64,000 bases of DNA from Candidatus Obscuribacterales bacterium (GTDB lineage: Bacteria > Cyanobacteriota > Vampirovibrionia > Obscuribacterales > Obscuribacteraceae): positions 352,001-416,000 of the forward strand of contig CBDDIJ010000003.1 in the NCBI GenBank assembly GCA_965228855.1. Reading direction: 5' to 3'. The notes below the pieces were generated by a model. That model was given only the letters and a program-made list of their open reading frames with translations. It had not been told where the DNA came from and did no database searches. Both the position numbers and the translations under genes were made by a program. Positions 22,299-32,057 of the stretch are shown in pieces. The stretch's first letter is position 1; every line of letters starts with the position of its first letter.

Positions 22299-23789
22299 CT
22301 ACTTCTGAGCACTTTGCCGTTGGGTGGCTTGTTTCAACAATTGCTCCTTCTTGTACTGTTTTACCGTATCGTTCATGTACGGGTTGATGACTACATCCAG
22401 CGGTTTCAAGTTGTCTTTTTTCGCTCTGTCAGCCAACTCCGCGATAGTTGCTTGCATGTAAACAAAATCTGAAACGAAGCCTTCGGGCTCCAGGTGTGCT
22501 TCCATCGCGGAGGCGTCGATTGATTCGTCCGGTTTATTCTCTATGAAGTTCATTGGGTTCATATCCGCGATGAAACCCACATACTTCGGATCCGGATTGA
22601 GACGAAGCCACTTGGGTTTACTTGCTAGCCAGAGGTTGTACGAAAGCGCGATATGCGGATGGTCCGGCTGTCTCTGTTCATGATCGAGTCTGGAACCAAA
22701 TATGGTGACTAGCAAATCAGGATATTGCAATGGGATTTGCTTTATGAACTGCGACCCGTCACGCTCTTGATAAAACTGTTCGGATTCGCTTAACACTGCG
22801 ATTCTCTTTGGCCATCTTGCATGAGGAAACAGCTTCTGCTTGAGCATCGCGTTTACAACTTCTGGGGCGTAATACTTCTTGTCGCCACCAGGGGCGGTGT
22901 AGTGTGCGATTGGAAATTCTTGCGATTCTTCCCAAATCTTATTGCCGTTTTCATCAAAGAACAGAACGCCGCGGGAGGGCTCCCGTCCAAGACCCAGGTG
23001 TTCAGTGCGATTGCGAAATACGTCCGATTGCCATGTCAATTTTTTCCAGTTGACCAGTGGTGTACCTGTCGCCGCACTTCCCTGGCGATAATACTTGTTG
23101 AGCAATAGCTCATTTGTAGTTCCAAGCACCGATGGGCTCATCAATGGTCCAATCGGACTTTCATAGAAAGCAGCCCACTTCAGAAACCCGAGATCTAGAG
23201 CGAATTTCGACATGGTGACCAGAAGAACGTTACCACCATTGCCCCAGCCGACGGCTCCAACATTATTCAGGTCGAGCTGCGTCGGAACGATCTCTGTTAT
23301 CCTTTTGCCCTTTGAGTCGGCCTTTTCGCCGTGAGCAAAGAGAATGATGTCCTTGAGCGCCGCTTGAGAGTTGGGACCGCGTTCGTCCCAGGAGCCGCCC
23401 GAGTGGAACTGTTTCAAACCACCGCCTGGGAAGGCGAATCGCACCTCCGCAAAACCGGATTGGGCGGCGTGCATGGTGAAGCGTAGTCCGCTGGGACCGT
23501 GCCCATCGGGCACGACAATTGCGATTGGGGCACCGTCTTTGTGTCTGGGAGTCTTCGGATAGATGATGTTGACCGCGAGCCCGCCATCCGGCGCCACTTC
23601 TGATGGAACGTAAACCGAGATGGACTCTTCCTTTTCCATTGGCAGGCTTTTTACACTCTCAGGCGGCAGTGGTGCCCCGTCAGCGGGAAGGCTGACAGGC
23701 GCTGGAGTGAGCGCCGCAACGCTGGAAAACACAACAGCGACTGCGACGGCCGAGAAAAGTCGATTCCGAGCTTGAATGTTGCCTTTCAA
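22299..23789 (-). CDS. Secreted alpha/beta-hydrolase-fold-like protein (start uncertain; ORF extends to 23897)
   Basis: Signal-like segment, then APIAIVV and VGAVGWGNGG elbow-like motif. Confidence 0.6.
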   Translation of the reverse strand: MKGNIQARNRLFSAVAVAVVFSSVAALTPAPVSLPADGAPLPPESVKSLPMEKEESISVYVPSEVAPDGGLAVNIIYPKTPRHKDGAPIAIVVPDGHGPSGLRFTMHAAQSGFAEVRFAFPGGGLKQFHSGGSWDERGPNSQAALKDIILFAHGEKADSKGKRITEIVPTQLDLNNVGAVGWGNGGNVLLVTMSKFALDLGFLKWAAFYESPIGPLMSPSVLGTTNELLLNKYYRQGSAATGTPLVNWKKLTWQSDVFRNRTEHLGLGREPSRGVLFFDENGNKIWEESQEFPIAHYTAPGGDKKYYAPEVVNAMLKQKLFPHARWPKRIAVLSESEQFYQERDGSQFIKQIPLQYPDLLVTIFGSRLDHEQRQPDHPHIALSYNLWLASKPKWLRLNPDPKYVGFIADMNPMNFIENKPDESIDASAMEAHLEPEGFVSDFVYMQATIAELADRAKKDNLKPLDVVINPYMNDTVKQYKKEQLLKQATQRQSAQK

Positions 23790-24339
23790 GCCACAGAAAA
23801 TATTTTTTTCCTCTGCACAAAATCGAGTTATGTTCAGTTTCACAAGCGCGGGCCCTGGTTTACCAATTAATTGACAGGTTATCAAATAGGTCTGCACTGA
23901 GCATTATGCGCTTTCCATTCGGGCAAGCGCTAAAGCACCTCAATCCCCATAGACCTGAACCACGCGATTTTGAGCCCGGCTTAGAAATTTGTAACTGAGA
24001 GAGATCTAAGTTATTGAAACGACATCAGAGGATGCCGAGATCTCTGCACATCGAGGTGCCAAAACCAATTTCTTCTGGACAAATCGAATAAGGCGAAAGA
24101 GCAAACGGAAGGGGAAATATGGGTTCCAACCACGATGTTGGTCGTGGTTGGCCCATTGTTTGCGCGAGAAAAACTTAGGTTCTCAGGTTAACATTCGCAG
24201 GCTTCATGACCGAAGATAGTTACCTTGCTCGATCATAATTACCTCAAAGGAAGTGAGTGCACCGGATGGACTTTAGCCGGATACTTATAATCGGCTCATA
24301 TGTTCGCTTTGTTTAGAATCTGTCGTCAAACTTTGATGC

Positions 24340-24645
24340 TTAAACGGCAATCGCATCCGCCTCTTTTGCAGCTCGGTTGGCGATGAAGCAAGCTCGGCAG
24401 TAAACAGCGCGATTCTCTTTAGGTTTAAACGGCACTGTGGTTAACGCGCCGCAGGTTGCGCAGTCAATCTGATGCAATTCTTCGAGATTCTCGCCATTGC
24501 GTTTGAACTTGGCGGATACTCTGCAGTTCGGGCAACGTTTCGGAAGATTTGTGAGGCCCTTCTGCGCAAAGAATTGCTGTTCTCCTTCCGAGAAGAGAAA
24601 TAACTTGCGGCAATCGTGACATACCAGATTTTTATCGTTAATCAT
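24340..24645 (-). CDS. Zinc-ribbon / CxxC-x17-CxxC domain protein
   Basis: DKNLVCHDC...EQQFF...PKRCPNCR...CATCG...VPFKP...VYCRAC. Confidence 0.9.
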   Translation of the reverse strand: MINDKNLVCHDCRKLFLFSEGEQQFFAQKGLTNLPKRCPNCRVSAKFKRNGENLEELHQIDCATCGALTTVPFKPKENRAVYCRACFIANRAAKEADAIAV

Positions 24646-24728
24646 TAGGTGCTCTGCCCTGAGGTTCTTTTGTTGCGTAAACGTGTGATACCGTATGCGG
24701 TGAATACCGCGATGAAAAAGTTTGATAA

Positions 24729-25079
24729 CTAAATGGCGATGAGCTTTGACCTTTTGAATGCATCCAGTTGAAGAACGGCAACTCTTTCGAGACTTTCTGC
24801 CACATCCGGATCTTCCGGTCCCATGACTTTCTCTCTCAGCTCAATAAACTTTTCGTATAGAGCTCTTGCTTCCTCTTCTCTGTTCATCACGCAATACGAT
24901 GATGCCAGGCTATGAGTTGAAGCGACCAGACGAAAATCGATTTCGACAAAATCTTCCGCATCAGCGAAGGCGGCATCGAGAACAAGTCTCGCTGTATGCA
25001 GATCGTCTTTCATGAAAGCTGTTTTGAAATCTCTCGTGTAGGCATCCCATAGTGGTTCATGTCCGTTAGTTGCAGTCAT
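24729..25079 (-). CDS. Short TPR-repeat protein
   Basis: LYEKFIELREKVMGPEDPDVAESL TPR_10/12-like motif; AGGAAGGA RBS. Confidence 0.75.
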   Translation of the reverse strand: MTATNGHEPLWDAYTRDFKTAFMKDDLHTARLVLDAAFADAEDFVEIDFRLVASTHSLASSYCVMNREEEARALYEKFIELREKVMGPEDPDVAESLERVAVLQLDAFKRSKLIAI

Positions 25080-25398
25080 CTCAGTTCCTTCCTAGTCGTT
25101 GTCTGTCGATCAAAACCATATTCGCCGCGTCCGTCGCAGCAACAAACGGGCAGATCTGATGAACTGCTCGGAGGAGTATTCGCTGGCTAAAGACTGCACG
25201 CTGTCATTACTAAGGTAACAAACGAGAATACCCGTGAAAAGTAACTTACCTGGCATTCGCTTTGCTTACCTTGGATGAAGTTTTTGATTGTGTAAGCCTT
25301 TTATGTGTTTTACCAAATGCATCGAGTCGACTTATTTTTTTCCCGGAATGAGAGTCAACGCGCGTTGTAACGATTGCGCGCTATAATTTGCACCAAAG

Positions 25399-26097
25399 AT
25401 GATGCCAAAAAATTCCATAACAACTAGTCAATTGCTTGCCGAAGGTCTATCGGAGGTTCTAAAAGAACGCCGGCTCGAGCTGGGCTTTTCTCAAGCCGAG
25501 CTTAGTTCGAAGACCGGTCTCCACCGCACTTACATCAGTGAATTGGAACGAGGTCATCAAAACTTGACCATAGAAACACTGGTCAAACTCGCAGAGGAAC
25601 TTGAGACTTCTGTTCTACTTTTGATTGAGGACGCCAGTCGGGCTGTGCGCCTCTCGTCTAACCCTATGCGTATTTTACTGGCGGAGGATAGTTCTGCAGA
25701 TGTCCACATGATTGACCGCTCACTGAAGGCCGCGACGATCCCAGCGGAGCTGACTGTTGTGGCAGACGGGCGTGAAGCGCTGGACTATTTGAGGAACGCC
25801 GACAGCCGGAGCCAACTACCTGATTTGATATTTCTCGAACTTCATTTGCCTCGAAAAAACGGTTATGAAGTCTTGCGCGAAATCAAGGCTGATGAGCGGT
25901 TGAAACTCATCCCGGTCGTTGTGCTGACGAATTCGAAAAGCGCTGTAGACGTATCTAAAAGCTATGAGTTGCACGCAAACAGCTTTATCACCAAGCCGTC
26001 CAGTCATAAGAATTTTCAGAAAGCAATCAATCAAGTGCTGGAATATTGGTTTGCCATCGTGAGTTTGCCCAGCCCGAAATCTTCTTCGAAAGGATAG
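25399..26097 (+). CDS. XRE-family HTH fused to an Rcp1-like receiver domain (phospho-Asp replaced by Glu)
   Basis: FSQAELS..GLHRTYISELERG HTH; ILLAEDS...PDLIFLELHLPRKNG...ANSFITKP...YWF receiver. Confidence 0.88.
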   Translation: MMPKNSITTSQLLAEGLSEVLKERRLELGFSQAELSSKTGLHRTYISELERGHQNLTIETLVKLAEELETSVLLLIEDASRAVRLSSNPMRILLAEDSSADVHMIDRSLKAATIPAELTVVADGREALDYLRNADSRSQLPDLIFLELHLPRKNGYEVLREIKADERLKLIPVVVLTNSKSAVDVSKSYELHANSFITKPSSHKNFQKAINQVLEYWFAIVSLPSPKSSSKG

Positions 26098-26361
26098 ATG
26101 CCCGCGAATCAATTTTGCGCACCGAATCTGGTGCCAGATCTAGCGGGTTTTCGATTACTTGAAGTGGACACTTCAAACTGATTCGCTTAGAGCTATTCAT
26201 TAGTTATATAAAAAGACGGATGGCGCGATCAGAGCTAATCTCATCAGGCATTTCGACTTAATAGTGCAATATGAAGTTATTATACTGCAAGAAGATGTTC
26301 CTATTTTTCCTAAAGCTGTGGCAGAATTTGCATAAACACGCTTACCTTCCGGAAACCACAA

Positions 26362-26760
26362 ATGAGTGAAATAGAAAACGAGCATCTATGGTGTCCCATC
26401 GATTTCGTAATTCATGTAATTGGTTCGAAGTGGACGATACCAATCATTCGCGACTTGAATACAGGTAAAAAGCGCCCTTCGGAACTGATGAAATCGCTGC
26501 CCGGCATTAGCCCTAAAACCTTGACCCATCGTTTGCGTGAGCTTGAAAAGTGGGGATTGGTAACGCGCCAGGCTTATCAAGAAATTCCACCCCGGGTCGA
26601 TTACGAGCTTTCTGCTCGCGGCCAGGACCTTATGTACGTTATGGAAGCTCTCCGAGATCTAGGAGAAAGTTGGCAGCGACATCTGGATGTAAAAATTCCG
26701 CCCAACGTAAAAGAGCAGTGCAGTCACTGTTTTGAGTATAGACGAGACTGCGATCCCTGA
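26362..26760 (+). CDS. HxlR (DUF24) family winged-helix regulator
   Basis: WCPI...KWTIPII...GISPKTLTHRLRELE...EIPPRVDYEL. Confidence 0.92.
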   Translation: MSEIENEHLWCPIDFVIHVIGSKWTIPIIRDLNTGKKRPSELMKSLPGISPKTLTHRLRELEKWGLVTRQAYQEIPPRVDYELSARGQDLMYVMEALRDLGESWQRHLDVKIPPNVKEQCSHCFEYRRDCDP

Positions 26761-26834
26761 GAAGCCGTGGAACGCTCAAATGGTTCTTCTGAATGAGTTA
26801 GTGATAGATTCATGGCACTGTATATGATGCCACT

Positions 26835-27503
26835 CTAGGCGATCTCGAGTTGAAACCACCGTTCTATAACCTGACGAAGAGCCTGGCTTCCTACCGGCTT
26901 TATCAAGCAATCGTCCATACCGCTATCAAGGCACTTTTCGCGCGTCTTATCCTCGTACCCTGCTGTGAGCGCGACGATCCTCTTTCTCTTTTGTCCATCC
27001 TCGTCGCGTCGAATTGCCATGGTGGCTTCAAAGCCATCCAGGATGGGCAAGCGACAATCCATAAAAATCAGATCGAAATCCTTGGCGACTCGGCAGGCTG
27101 TCTCGCCGTCGGCCACCGCCTCTGCACGGATCCCCAGGTGTGCGAGTTGTTTCATAATCACAAGCTGAAGAAGAGGGTTGTCTTCCACTATCAATACTCG
27201 AATGTCCGCGGGCTTAAGGCTGTTTGCCTTCGGCGCCGAATTTGCCTGGTTGGCGACCAGGTCACGAAGTTCGGTGACTACCTCGGCGAAGCTTTCCGGT
27301 GGAAGTTGAGTATCATCTTGAATCCGATTTTCAATGACGTCGTTGACTAGCCGCAACAACGAGTTTGCCGACTCTTCGATGTTGCGCGTGAAAGCTCGCT
27401 GCTCATCGGAGAGTTCGGTTTGTTTGAGCACATCCGTCATTCCGACGATTGCGATCAATGGTGCTTTGAATTCCTGAAAGAGAGTTTTATTTTCTTTTTT
27501 CAT
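26835..27503 (-). CDS. Degenerate HisKA-like segment + receiver domain (no HATPase)
   Basis: QEFKAPLIAIVGMTDVLKQTELSDEQR resembles an H-box helix with His replaced by Gln; VLIVEDN...LIFMDCRLP...IVALTA...KP receiver. Confidence 0.82.
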   Translation of the reverse strand: MKKENKTLFQEFKAPLIAIVGMTDVLKQTELSDEQRAFTRNIEESANSLLRLVNDVIENRIQDDTQLPPESFAEVVTELRDLVANQANSAPKANSLKPADIRVLIVEDNPLLQLVIMKQLAHLGIRAEAVADGETACRVAKDFDLIFMDCRLPILDGFEATMAIRRDEDGQKRKRIVALTAGYEDKTREKCLDSGMDDCLIKPVGSQALRQVIERWFQLEIA

Positions 27504-27563
27504 GGCGAATCTTATAGCATAGTCTTGAGGGTCTAATGTAAACCAGCAGAACCTTGATTCAAG

Positions 27564-29714
27564 CTAGGGCAGCAGAGGTTGCAGTTTTGGAAAAACAGCA
27601 ATGGTGCTGTAATAGCGATCGATATTTTTGAGCAACGCGTGTCTGTTATCTCGTTTTGCTTTGTCCGGGTCGTTTACCATAATGTCTTCGAAGAACTTGT
27701 CTACAACTGGTGCCACAGGCTTCAGCATGTTCAGAACCTGGTCGTATTCCGATTCGGAACCTGGTCTTGCGTAAGTGCCGTTCTTTTCCCACTTCGACTT
27801 GACGTTGTCAGAGAACGCCTTCCAAAGTTCCTTTTCAAGCGGTTCGCTTAATTGTTCTGGGTTCAGAGACTCCGGCGAATCTGCTTTCAAAATGTTTCCG
27901 ATACGAACGCCCGCTTTTACTACGGTCAGACCTTCGGCGGTTGAGACCAGCTTCTCGACACTCTTACAGCGAGCTACCGTGTCGGCCAGGTTTTCCATCG
28001 GATTTCCGGCGGCCAAAACCGAATCGACGATTTCGCGTCTAAAACCTTTCTCGAGAAGTTTACTTCGCAGTCTCTGGGTGAAGAATTCCGAGATCTCGTT
28101 TTTGATTTCCTCGCGGGTCAAAGCCTTTTTCCTTCCGGAAAGCATCGGCTCAAAGGTATCAATGAGTTGCTCGATAATCCAATCTATGTTCACCGCGAAC
28201 TCGGCTAAACCGTCTACGACGATATCGATCACACCCTGAGCATTTCTTCTAAGCGCAAACGGATCGCTGGAGCCGCTAGGTTTTTTGCCGAGAGAGAATA
28301 GTCCGGTTACATGATCGAGTTTATCGAGAACAGCGACGAACATTCCGACTACGTCGTTCGGGATGCTGTCGTCATTCGAACGAGGAGAGTAGTGCGAAGC
28401 GATAGCGTGCACCACTTCCGGTGGCTCCTTCTCCAGCTCCGCATACCAGGCTCCTACGAAGCCCTGGAGCTCAGGCAGCTCGCCGACCAGGTTTGTCACC
28501 AGGTCCAGCTTGCAAAGTTCCATTGTGCGCTCGAGAGGGACTGAAACCTTTGCTTCCAGTTTAAACTGTTTTGAAACGGCCGCAGCTAGTTTCGTTAATC
28601 TCTCGGTTTTATCGAGATAGCTACCCAACCCTTGTTGATATGTCAGCTGCGCAAGCCGGTCTCGACGGGCCGTCAACTTGGTTTTCTGATCGTCGAAGTA
28701 GAAGAATTTGCCGTCAGCTAATCTTGCGCGAAGAACGCGCTCGTTTCCTTGCTTAATTTGATTGGTGGCGCTGGCGGTATCATTGTTAGAAATTGTGATG
28801 AAGTAAGGCAGCAGATTTCCTGATGTCGAACTCGTTGCATTCGGTTTCTCCACCGGAAAGTAGCGCTGGTGATGCACCATTACAGTCTCCAGAAGGGCAT
28901 CCGGCAGACTCAGGTAATCGTCAGAAAACGTTCCTATAACAGCATGCGGCCATTCAGTAATGTGAACCACTTCTCTAAGTAGCGATCCCGATAGTTGGCG
29001 AGCCTTTCCATTTACTGATTTTGCTTTCGCTTCAACTTGAGACTTGATCAAATCCTCGCGTTCTTTGGGTGAAGCAAGTACTTTGGCTTCACGTAACTTC
29101 TCAACGTATTCGTCGACCTTGTTGATTTCGAGCGTGCCGGGCGCAAGAATTCTGTGTCCGTAAGTCTTTCTGCCGGCGTGGATTCCATCTAGCGAGAATG
29201 GGATAACTTCATTGTCGAGAAGTGAAACAATCCAGCGGATCGGGCGAACAAACTTTAGTTCGCAACTTCCCCAGCGCATCAGGCGCTCGCCGGAAATTTC
29301 GTTAATCACTCTTGGTGCGATTTCAGCAATTACCTCGACCGCAGACCGACCTTCGATGGTCAAGTTCGCGTGCAAGTAAACTTCTTTGCCTACTTCCTCT
29401 TTTTCTAATTGCGCGACTGTCAAGCCGTGCTTGGCTGCAAAGCCCTCTGCTTGAGGTGTAGGCGAACCGTCTTCTTTGAAAGCGCTCTTGACGGGCGGTC
29501 CTTTCACTTTTTTATGAGTCGTTTGCTGTTTCGGCTCTAAACCGTCGATGATTATCGTCAGCCGCCGAGGTGTGGAGAGCGTCTCCATGGAACCGAACCC
29601 GAGCTTGGCCTCGCTTAATTCGCGAGTGAAGAATTCTTCGAGTCGCCCTAATGCGTCATCTATTTGATTCGCGGGAAGCTCTTCCGTTCCGATTTCAAGC
29701 AAATATTTCGTCAT
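27564..29714 (-). CDS. glyS: Glycine--tRNA ligase beta subunit
   Basis: LLEIGTEELP, TPRRL, KGPP, MRWG, FVRPIRW, HQRYFP, GNERVLRARLADG, SSDPFALRR. Confidence 0.97.
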   Translation of the reverse strand: MTKYLLEIGTEELPANQIDDALGRLEEFFTRELSEAKLGFGSMETLSTPRRLTIIIDGLEPKQQTTHKKVKGPPVKSAFKEDGSPTPQAEGFAAKHGLTVAQLEKEEVGKEVYLHANLTIEGRSAVEVIAEIAPRVINEISGERLMRWGSCELKFVRPIRWIVSLLDNEVIPFSLDGIHAGRKTYGHRILAPGTLEINKVDEYVEKLREAKVLASPKEREDLIKSQVEAKAKSVNGKARQLSGSLLREVVHITEWPHAVIGTFSDDYLSLPDALLETVMVHHQRYFPVEKPNATSSTSGNLLPYFITISNNDTASATNQIKQGNERVLRARLADGKFFYFDDQKTKLTARRDRLAQLTYQQGLGSYLDKTERLTKLAAAVSKQFKLEAKVSVPLERTMELCKLDLVTNLVGELPELQGFVGAWYAELEKEPPEVVHAIASHYSPRSNDDSIPNDVVGMFVAVLDKLDHVTGLFSLGKKPSGSSDPFALRRNAQGVIDIVVDGLAEFAVNIDWIIEQLIDTFEPMLSGRKKALTREEIKNEISEFFTQRLRSKLLEKGFRREIVDSVLAAGNPMENLADTVARCKSVEKLVSTAEGLTVVKAGVRIGNILKADSPESLNPEQLSEPLEKELWKAFSDNVKSKWEKNGTYARPGSESEYDQVLNMLKPVAPVVDKFFEDIMVNDPDKAKRDNRHALLKNIDRYYSTIAVFPKLQPLLP

Positions 29715-29992
29715 TTATTTCAATCCCAAGTTTCAGGCGCGAGCCCAAGTCGACGGCGGCATCGCCGTGAAGACGACATTATATATCGGGCGCACACCGT
29801 GCGTGCAGGTTAGTAGTCGGATGTAAGGAAGTGCGATGAAATGGCTTGGTTGCTTCGCCACGAAAGATAGATGTTGGATAACCGCTTGACGTTTAAACAT
29901 ACCTATTTCTCTGGCACATTTGGACGAAATCGTTTGATTCGCTTATGATTGACTTTATTACAATCGGTAGGCCCGCAATCTTAGTAACTAAA

Positions 29993-31444
29993 ATGCAAAA
30001 AAGTTCGTTTACTCGTTTACTCGCAACCGCTCTCGTCTCGATTTCTTTCTTAGGCGCATGCGCTTCGAAAAGTTCAGTCGATATCGATGTCCCCGAAGAG
30101 AAAGGTCCGAAGTGGGGTTTTGTTGACCACAGCGGAAAATTTGTCATCAAACCTATTTACCGTCGAGTCAAGAGGTTTACTGAAGGCTTAGCCGGAGCCG
30201 ACCTTCACGCAAGATGGGGTTTCATCGATCGCGAAGGCAAATGGGTAATTGAGCGAAATTACGAAGACGTTCAGCCGTTCTCCGCTGGCTATGCGGGTGT
30301 TCAGCAGGCCGGCAAGTGGTACGTAATCAACAAGAAGGGCAGCATTGTTTGGCCCTCCACACCCACGGTTGCAGAACTCGGCTTCCCTCATGAAGTCGAT
30401 GCCGATGCAGAGGACCATGCCGTCGTCGTTCCTTATCTCGACGACAAGGCGAAGAAATGGGGATTCCATGACATGGGCCCACATGGGAAGGGTGACATTC
30501 CGCCCACATACGACGAGGTCAAGTACTTCAATGATGGTCTGTGTCCCGTCTTCAGTGCGAAGCACGGTAAATGGGGATATATAAACAATACGGGCACGCT
30601 TGTCATCGACTACAAATTTGATACGGCGTCGGCATTTAAAAATCGAGTTGCAGAGTGCACGATGGGTGACGACTTTGTCTGGGTGGACAAGATCGGTACG
30701 ATTGCTGTGAAAAACAAACTCGACTCGATCACGATCTTCCATGATGGACTGGCTTTGCAACAGCGTCATGGCAAGTTCATCTTCATCAAACACAGTGGCG
30801 AACCTGCGTTTCGAAAGAAATTCCGCTATGCGGATAATTTCTCCGAGGGGCTTGCTGTGGTTCAGCCGATGAAAACAGGAAAACGTGGCTTCGTTGATAC
30901 AACCGGAGAAATGGTGATGCCGCCGGTGTTTGACGATGCTCGTGGATTCTCCGAGCAACTTGCCGCTGTTAAGGTCGATCCCGACCGTTTCTTCGCCGAG
31001 TATAACGAGGATCTGTCTCCGAAGAACAAGCCGAAGGAAGAGGACGCTGCCACGCCGGCCAAGTCTGAGGACGGCGCTCCTGCCGAGGGCGAGGCAAAGC
31101 CTGACGACGCAAAAGCCGATGGCGAGACTAAGTCTGACGGTGAAGGTAAATCAGAGGGCGGCGCTAAAACCGACGAGCAGTCAAAGAGCGAAAGCAAGTC
31201 CGACAGCACTGCTTCGTCCGGTGAAAAGTCAGAAGGTAAAACTGAAACCAAAGGCGAGGCAACGTCAGAGGATAAAGTAGAAACCAAGACCGAAACCAAG
31301 ACCGAAACCAAGACCGAAGCGAAGACAAAGACGGAAGCGTCGAGGACTGACTCGGAGAAATCCGTTAAATCCGATGAAAAGCCGGCTGATAAATCTTCGG
31401 ACGCGAAGAAATCGTCCGACAGCAAAGAGTCGAAAACGAAATAA
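29993..31444 (+). CDS. WG-repeat lipoprotein with low-complexity E/K/T/S tail
   Basis: Lipobox FLGAC; repeated KWGF(V/I)D..G and F(S/T)EGLA units. Confidence 0.88.
   Translation: MQKSSFTRLLATALVSISFLGACASKSSVDIDVPEEKGPKWGFVDHSGKFVIKPIYRRVKRFTEGLAGADLHARWGFIDREGKWVIERNYEDVQPFSAGYAGVQQAGKWYVINKKGSIVWPSTPTVAELGFPHEVDADAEDHAVVVPYLDDKAKKWGFHDMGPHGKGDIPPTYDEVKYFNDGLCPVFSAKHGKWGYINNTGTLVIDYKFDTASAFKNRVAECTMGDDFVWVDKIGTIAVKNKLDSITIFHDGLALQQRHGKFIFIKHSGEPAFRKKFRYADNFSEGLAVVQPMKTGKRGFVDTTGEMVMPPVFDDARGFSEQLAAVKVDPDRFFAEYNEDLSPKNKPKEEDAATPAKSEDGAPAEGEAKPDDAKADGETKSDGEGKSEGGAKTDEQSKSESKSDSTASSGEKSEGKTETKGEATSEDKVETKTETKTETKTEAKTKTEASRTDSEKSVKSDEKPADKSSDAKKSSDSKESKTK
31280..31315 (+). repeat. 12-bp in-frame tandem repeat x3 (encodes ETKT)
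   Basis: gaaaccaagacc repeated three times perfectly. Confidence 0.9.
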
Positions 31445-31469
31445 CATAGCGACCGTCGAGGTACGCGAA

Positions 31470-32057
31470 GTGGAAGGTAACTCCATCGTCATCGTGCTTG
31501 CACTTGTGTTGGTGGTCGTGGTTTGTCTCTTGTTGTTTTCAAGGCGGAAGGTCGATACGGCTGCATTGCAGAGGCAACTCAGCGACGCTCATATCGCGCG
31601 CCAGCGCGGAGACCATGAGCAAGCGGAAATGCTTTATCGTCGCGCCATCGAGACGATAGATTCTGCTTCCGAAAAGGACGAATCCTTGTTGTGCACGGCT
31701 TTGAATGGGCGTGCAGAGTCACTGGAGCGCACCGGTAAACGCCCGGAAGCAGAACAATTGAGAGCTCGAATGGTCTCAATTTTTCAAGATGCGATCGAGA
31801 AGCGACGAGATGATTTTTTGATGGATATCGACTATTTGTGCACAAACGCCGAGTTCGGTTCGTCGACATCAGAGGTCGCCAACTTCTATGAAAAGCTGCT
31901 TGCCTACAGGGAGAAGACAGTGCCACAGACCAGTGATGTTTTTATCAATACGGTGTCAATCTATTCTCGTTTGTTGCGGACATTAGGAGAGAATTCGATG
32001 GCTGACGAACTGGATGCGCATGCTGCTAAACTGCGTCAAGGTGGTAAAGGTGTCTAG
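31470..32057 (+). CDS. Membrane-anchored TPR protein
   Basis: Probable GTG start at 31470, N-terminal TM, then TPR-like helices (AEMLYRRAIE). Confidence 0.75.
   Translation: MEGNSIVIVLALVLVVVVCLLLFSRRKVDTAALQRQLSDAHIARQRGDHEQAEMLYRRAIETIDSASEKDESLLCTALNGRAESLERTGKRPEAEQLRARMVSIFQDAIEKRRDDFLMDIDYLCTNAEFGSSTSEVANFYEKLLAYREKTVPQTSDVFINTVSIYSRLLRTLGENSMADELDAHAAKLRQGGKGV

Noticed and set aside
27564..29714. glyS without adjacent glyQ
   Set aside because: Separation of the alpha and beta subunit genes is ordinary in cyanobacteria-related genomes.
31280..31315. Tandem repeats as CRISPR or contingency locus (also 395-436 and 58100-58560)
   Set aside because: No spacers and no cas genes; the coding repeats are in frame and encode low-complexity linkers.
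30188..31425. Long antisense ORFs (e.g. 30188-30958, 30862-31425; similarly 58872-59585 and 33906-34469)
   Set aside because: These are shadows of well-supported genes on the opposite strand.
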